This document shows, one piece after another, positions 60,981 to 64,000 of a stretch of DNA of 64,000 nucleotides. A program made the translations under genes and the position numbers. The DNA is from Epiperipatus broadwayi (taxonomy: Eukaryota > Animalia > Onychophora): assembly GCA_028023455.1 (NCBI GenBank), contig JAQFVV010000005.1:15624001-15688000 (forward strand), given 5' to 3'. Below the pieces are notes generated by a model, which saw only the letters and a program-made list of their open reading frames with translations, did no database searches and was not told the DNA's origin. Numbering within the stretch: the stretch's first letter is position 1; each line of letters opens with the position of its first letter.

Positions 60981-63900
60981 ATCATCATCATCAACCATCA
61001 TCAATTCACTGCAGGATGAAGGTCTCCTCAAGTTCAATCCATCTTCTCCAATCTCTAGCCTCTCTTCTCCACATCACCCTTGCACACTTTCTTATTTCAT
61101 CCATCCATCTCACATTTGATCCTTTTCTGGGTCTTTTACAATCTCTTGGAATCCAGTATATGATTTTCAATTGTCAATCTATTATTATTCTCTTCTAGCA
61201 ATATGTCCAGTCCAACTCCAGTCTTTTAATTCTTTCAATGATGTCAGTAACATCTATTTGTTCTTTTACCCATATTGCATTTTTGATCTCTTCTTGTTAC
61301 TCCTAACATGCATTTCTCCACACTTCTTTGAATGATCTGAAGTTTCTTTATTGCTCTTCTATTAAGTGTCCAAGTCTCAGATCCATAAGTAAGAACTGGT
61401 AAAACACATTTATTAAAAATCTTCCTTTTCAAACACATAGGCATATTTCCTTTTAATATTAAATTATTTCTACCAAAAGCACTCCAACCAAGTTTAATTC
61501 TATGATTAATTTCATCGATTATGTTTCTATCTGTATTAATAATCTGACCAAGATATTTGTAGTTGTTAACTTCTTCTAACTCATCATAATCAATCTTTAT
61601 TTTCATATTTTGAGAAAATCCATTAAACATTACTTTAGTCTTTTTAACATTTATCTTTAGTCCTACTTTCCTACTTTCATCTGATAACTCCTGCAACATT
61701 TCCTGCAGCTCTGAAGCATTATTTGCAAAAACAACTACATCATCTGCAAAATCTAAATGACTTAAATAATCTCCATTTACTTTTACTCCTTTAGCTTCCC
61801 ATTTTAATCCACAAAATACTTCTTGCAGCACTGCTGTAAAAAGTTTTGGAGATATGGAGTCACCCTGTCTTACACCCTTCTCAATGTTAACCTTCCTAGT
61901 ATCATTATGTAATCTAATTGTTGCTGTTGCATTTTTATAAATATTCTTCAGAATATGACAATATCCTGGGTCTATACATCTGATGATCCAATGCTTTAAT
62001 CACTGAAGAAATGCTTATAGAATCAAATGCCTTTTCATAATCTACAAATCCAAAGCATAATGGCAACTCATATTCATTGGTTCTTTCTATAACTTCTCTC
62101 AATACTTGGATTGTACTAAAACCATTTTTAAATCCAGCTTGTTCTTTTGGTTGGTTGAAATCCAATGTTCTCTGTAGATGAGTTGTAATTATCTTGGTAA
62201 AAAATTTGTATAAAACTGATAAAAGACTGATAGGTCTGTAATTTCTAATATCTTCTTTATCACCTTTTTTATATATTAATACTGCATTTTTCCAATCATC
62301 TGGTACATCTTTATCATTTAGACATTTGGTATATAACTTTGCCAAAAATTTTTCTATTTCTTCACCTGCTTCTTTTAATATATCGATTATAATTCCATCA
62401 TTACCTGGAGCTTTTCCCTTCTTCATAAATTTAATTGCATGTCTCTCACTTCTTCATTTAAAATCCTGGGCAATTCAGAAGATATAATAGAGAGGTACTT
62501 GTTCTTTATTACTATATAATTCTTGATAGAACTCTTCTACTCCATTTCATGATGTCATCTCTCTTTTTAGTAATAGTTCCATCTTTTTTTCTTATTGCAG
62601 ATATAAATTTCCTACCAATACCAAAATGTTGTTTTACACTCTTTAGACTTTTATTCTCTTCTACAGCTTTCCTTGCTAGTTCACAATTATACTTTCTTAT
62701 ATCATTTTCAACTCTTTTTCACACCATTTTACAAAATTCGAGATATTCAATCCTTTTTAATGCATCATTTTTATATATCTTCATATTCCTTCTTTTCTTC
62801 ATAAATTCTCTAGTCTCAGTAGAAATTTTATTGGTCATTTGCTGCTTTTTTCTACCAGCTATCTTTGTTGCAGTTTTTAAAAGTGTATCAGTTATTTTCC
62901 TATTAATTTCATTCAAATCTGAATCATGTTCAAAATCTACTAATACTTGAAACCGATTTGTAAGTTCTAATTTAAATTCATTAGAATGTTTCTGAAGATT
63001 AGGAATATCAACTGTAAATATTGTTTTTCTTAATAATTTTTGTCTCTCTAGTTTTGCATTAACACTTATCTTACATCTTACTAATCGATGATCACTTCCT
63101 GTGTTAAATTTATTAAGAACATTACAATCTTGAAATATGTATTTTCTGTTAGTCAAAATATAATCCAATTCTGCTGTACCTTCATTTGGATGCTTCCATG
63201 TCCATTTCCTTTTAACATTTTTCTCAAAAAAAGAATTCATAATATAAAGTTTTTCTTTTTCTGCAAACTCCACAAGTCTATGTCCTCTCTCATTTCTATT
63301 ACCATAACCAAAATTACCTACAGCACTCTCATCTTTCATTTGTTTACCAGTTTTAGCATTAAAATCTTCCATAACAATTTTTAAAATGTTATTTACTCTG
63401 ATCAAAAGCCTTTTGTACATCCATATAAAAAATCTACTATTTCATCACTATGAGAACTTGTTGGGGCATCAACCTGAATTATCTGTATTTGGTATCTGCT
63501 ATTAAGTTAAATAACTAATCTTGTCACTCTGTCCAATACATCATCAATCTCCACAATGTTGTTCTTCCACTTTCTATTTATAATGAATCCTACTCCACTT
63601 GTATTTCCAATATTTGTGCCTTTATAGTAGAGTACATGTCCATTTTTAAATCAATTGTCTCTTCACCTTTTCTTCTAACTTCACAAAGTCCAATAATGTC
63701 CCATTTAATATGAGGCAGTTCTTCCAATTCTTGCAATCTTTCTTCACTTGAAAGTGATCTGCAGTTGTAAGTACCTAAATAAAAAGTCGTCATCAAATGG
63801 CAGCCTGGGTCCACAATCAGGGGATTCATAGCATCCTCTGCCTTTGGCCACCAACCGCTGTTTTGGCTGATGACTTTACAGCCTCCTGTGAATAAGGGTC
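60981..63900 (-). mobile_element. Near full-length (~2.9 kb) RTE-clade LINE, frameshifted
   Basis: APE start LGTYNCRSL..WDIIGLCEVRR, SDH motif, RT (KAPGNDG, YRPISLL, EQAGF, FVDYEKAFDS, QGDSISPKLF, FADD, YKYLG), 3' UTR and (GAT)n tail at 60981-61002. No TSD seen in the window. Confidence 0.96.
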
Positions 63901-64000
63901 ATGATTTATTTTACTCTGTCATGATTGTATATATCTATTAGAACAAAATTTTTCATTCACACACACATTGATTCTTGCCTTATCAGGCAACTGAGAAGAA

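Overview
Very AT-rich (roughly 70-75% by eye) animal genomic DNA, probably from an invertebrate or arthropod (inference). The whole window lies inside one + strand gene, an APPBP2 (amyloid protein-binding protein 2/PAT1) orthologue. Five internal coding exons (89, 152, 124, 169 and 57 nt, all GT-AG) splice into one open 197-aa frame. Exon 1 and the 3' exons lie outside the window, and intron 2 is about 30 kb. The introns hold decayed mobile DNA: RTE LINEs (one near full length), a Gypsy gag-pol remnant, a Tigger/pogo transposase, a mariner remnant, hAT MITEs with 8-bp TSDs, several fold-back elements and a 40-bp minisatellite. The main unexplained signal is a set of short non-coding repeats carrying minimal type I hammerhead ribozymes. 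Family A has a ~470-nt unit and 8 ribozyme copies in 3 insertions. Family B has an atypical A/A junction at stem II, and there are weaker C and D families. The insertions are partial-tandem and/or inverted, three have 12-14 bp TSDs, and stem I shows covariation. This fits non-autonomous Penelope-like or retrozyme-type elements that could yield self-cleaving or circular RNAs inside a host intron. All ribozyme calls are structural inferences made by eye; activity is untested.
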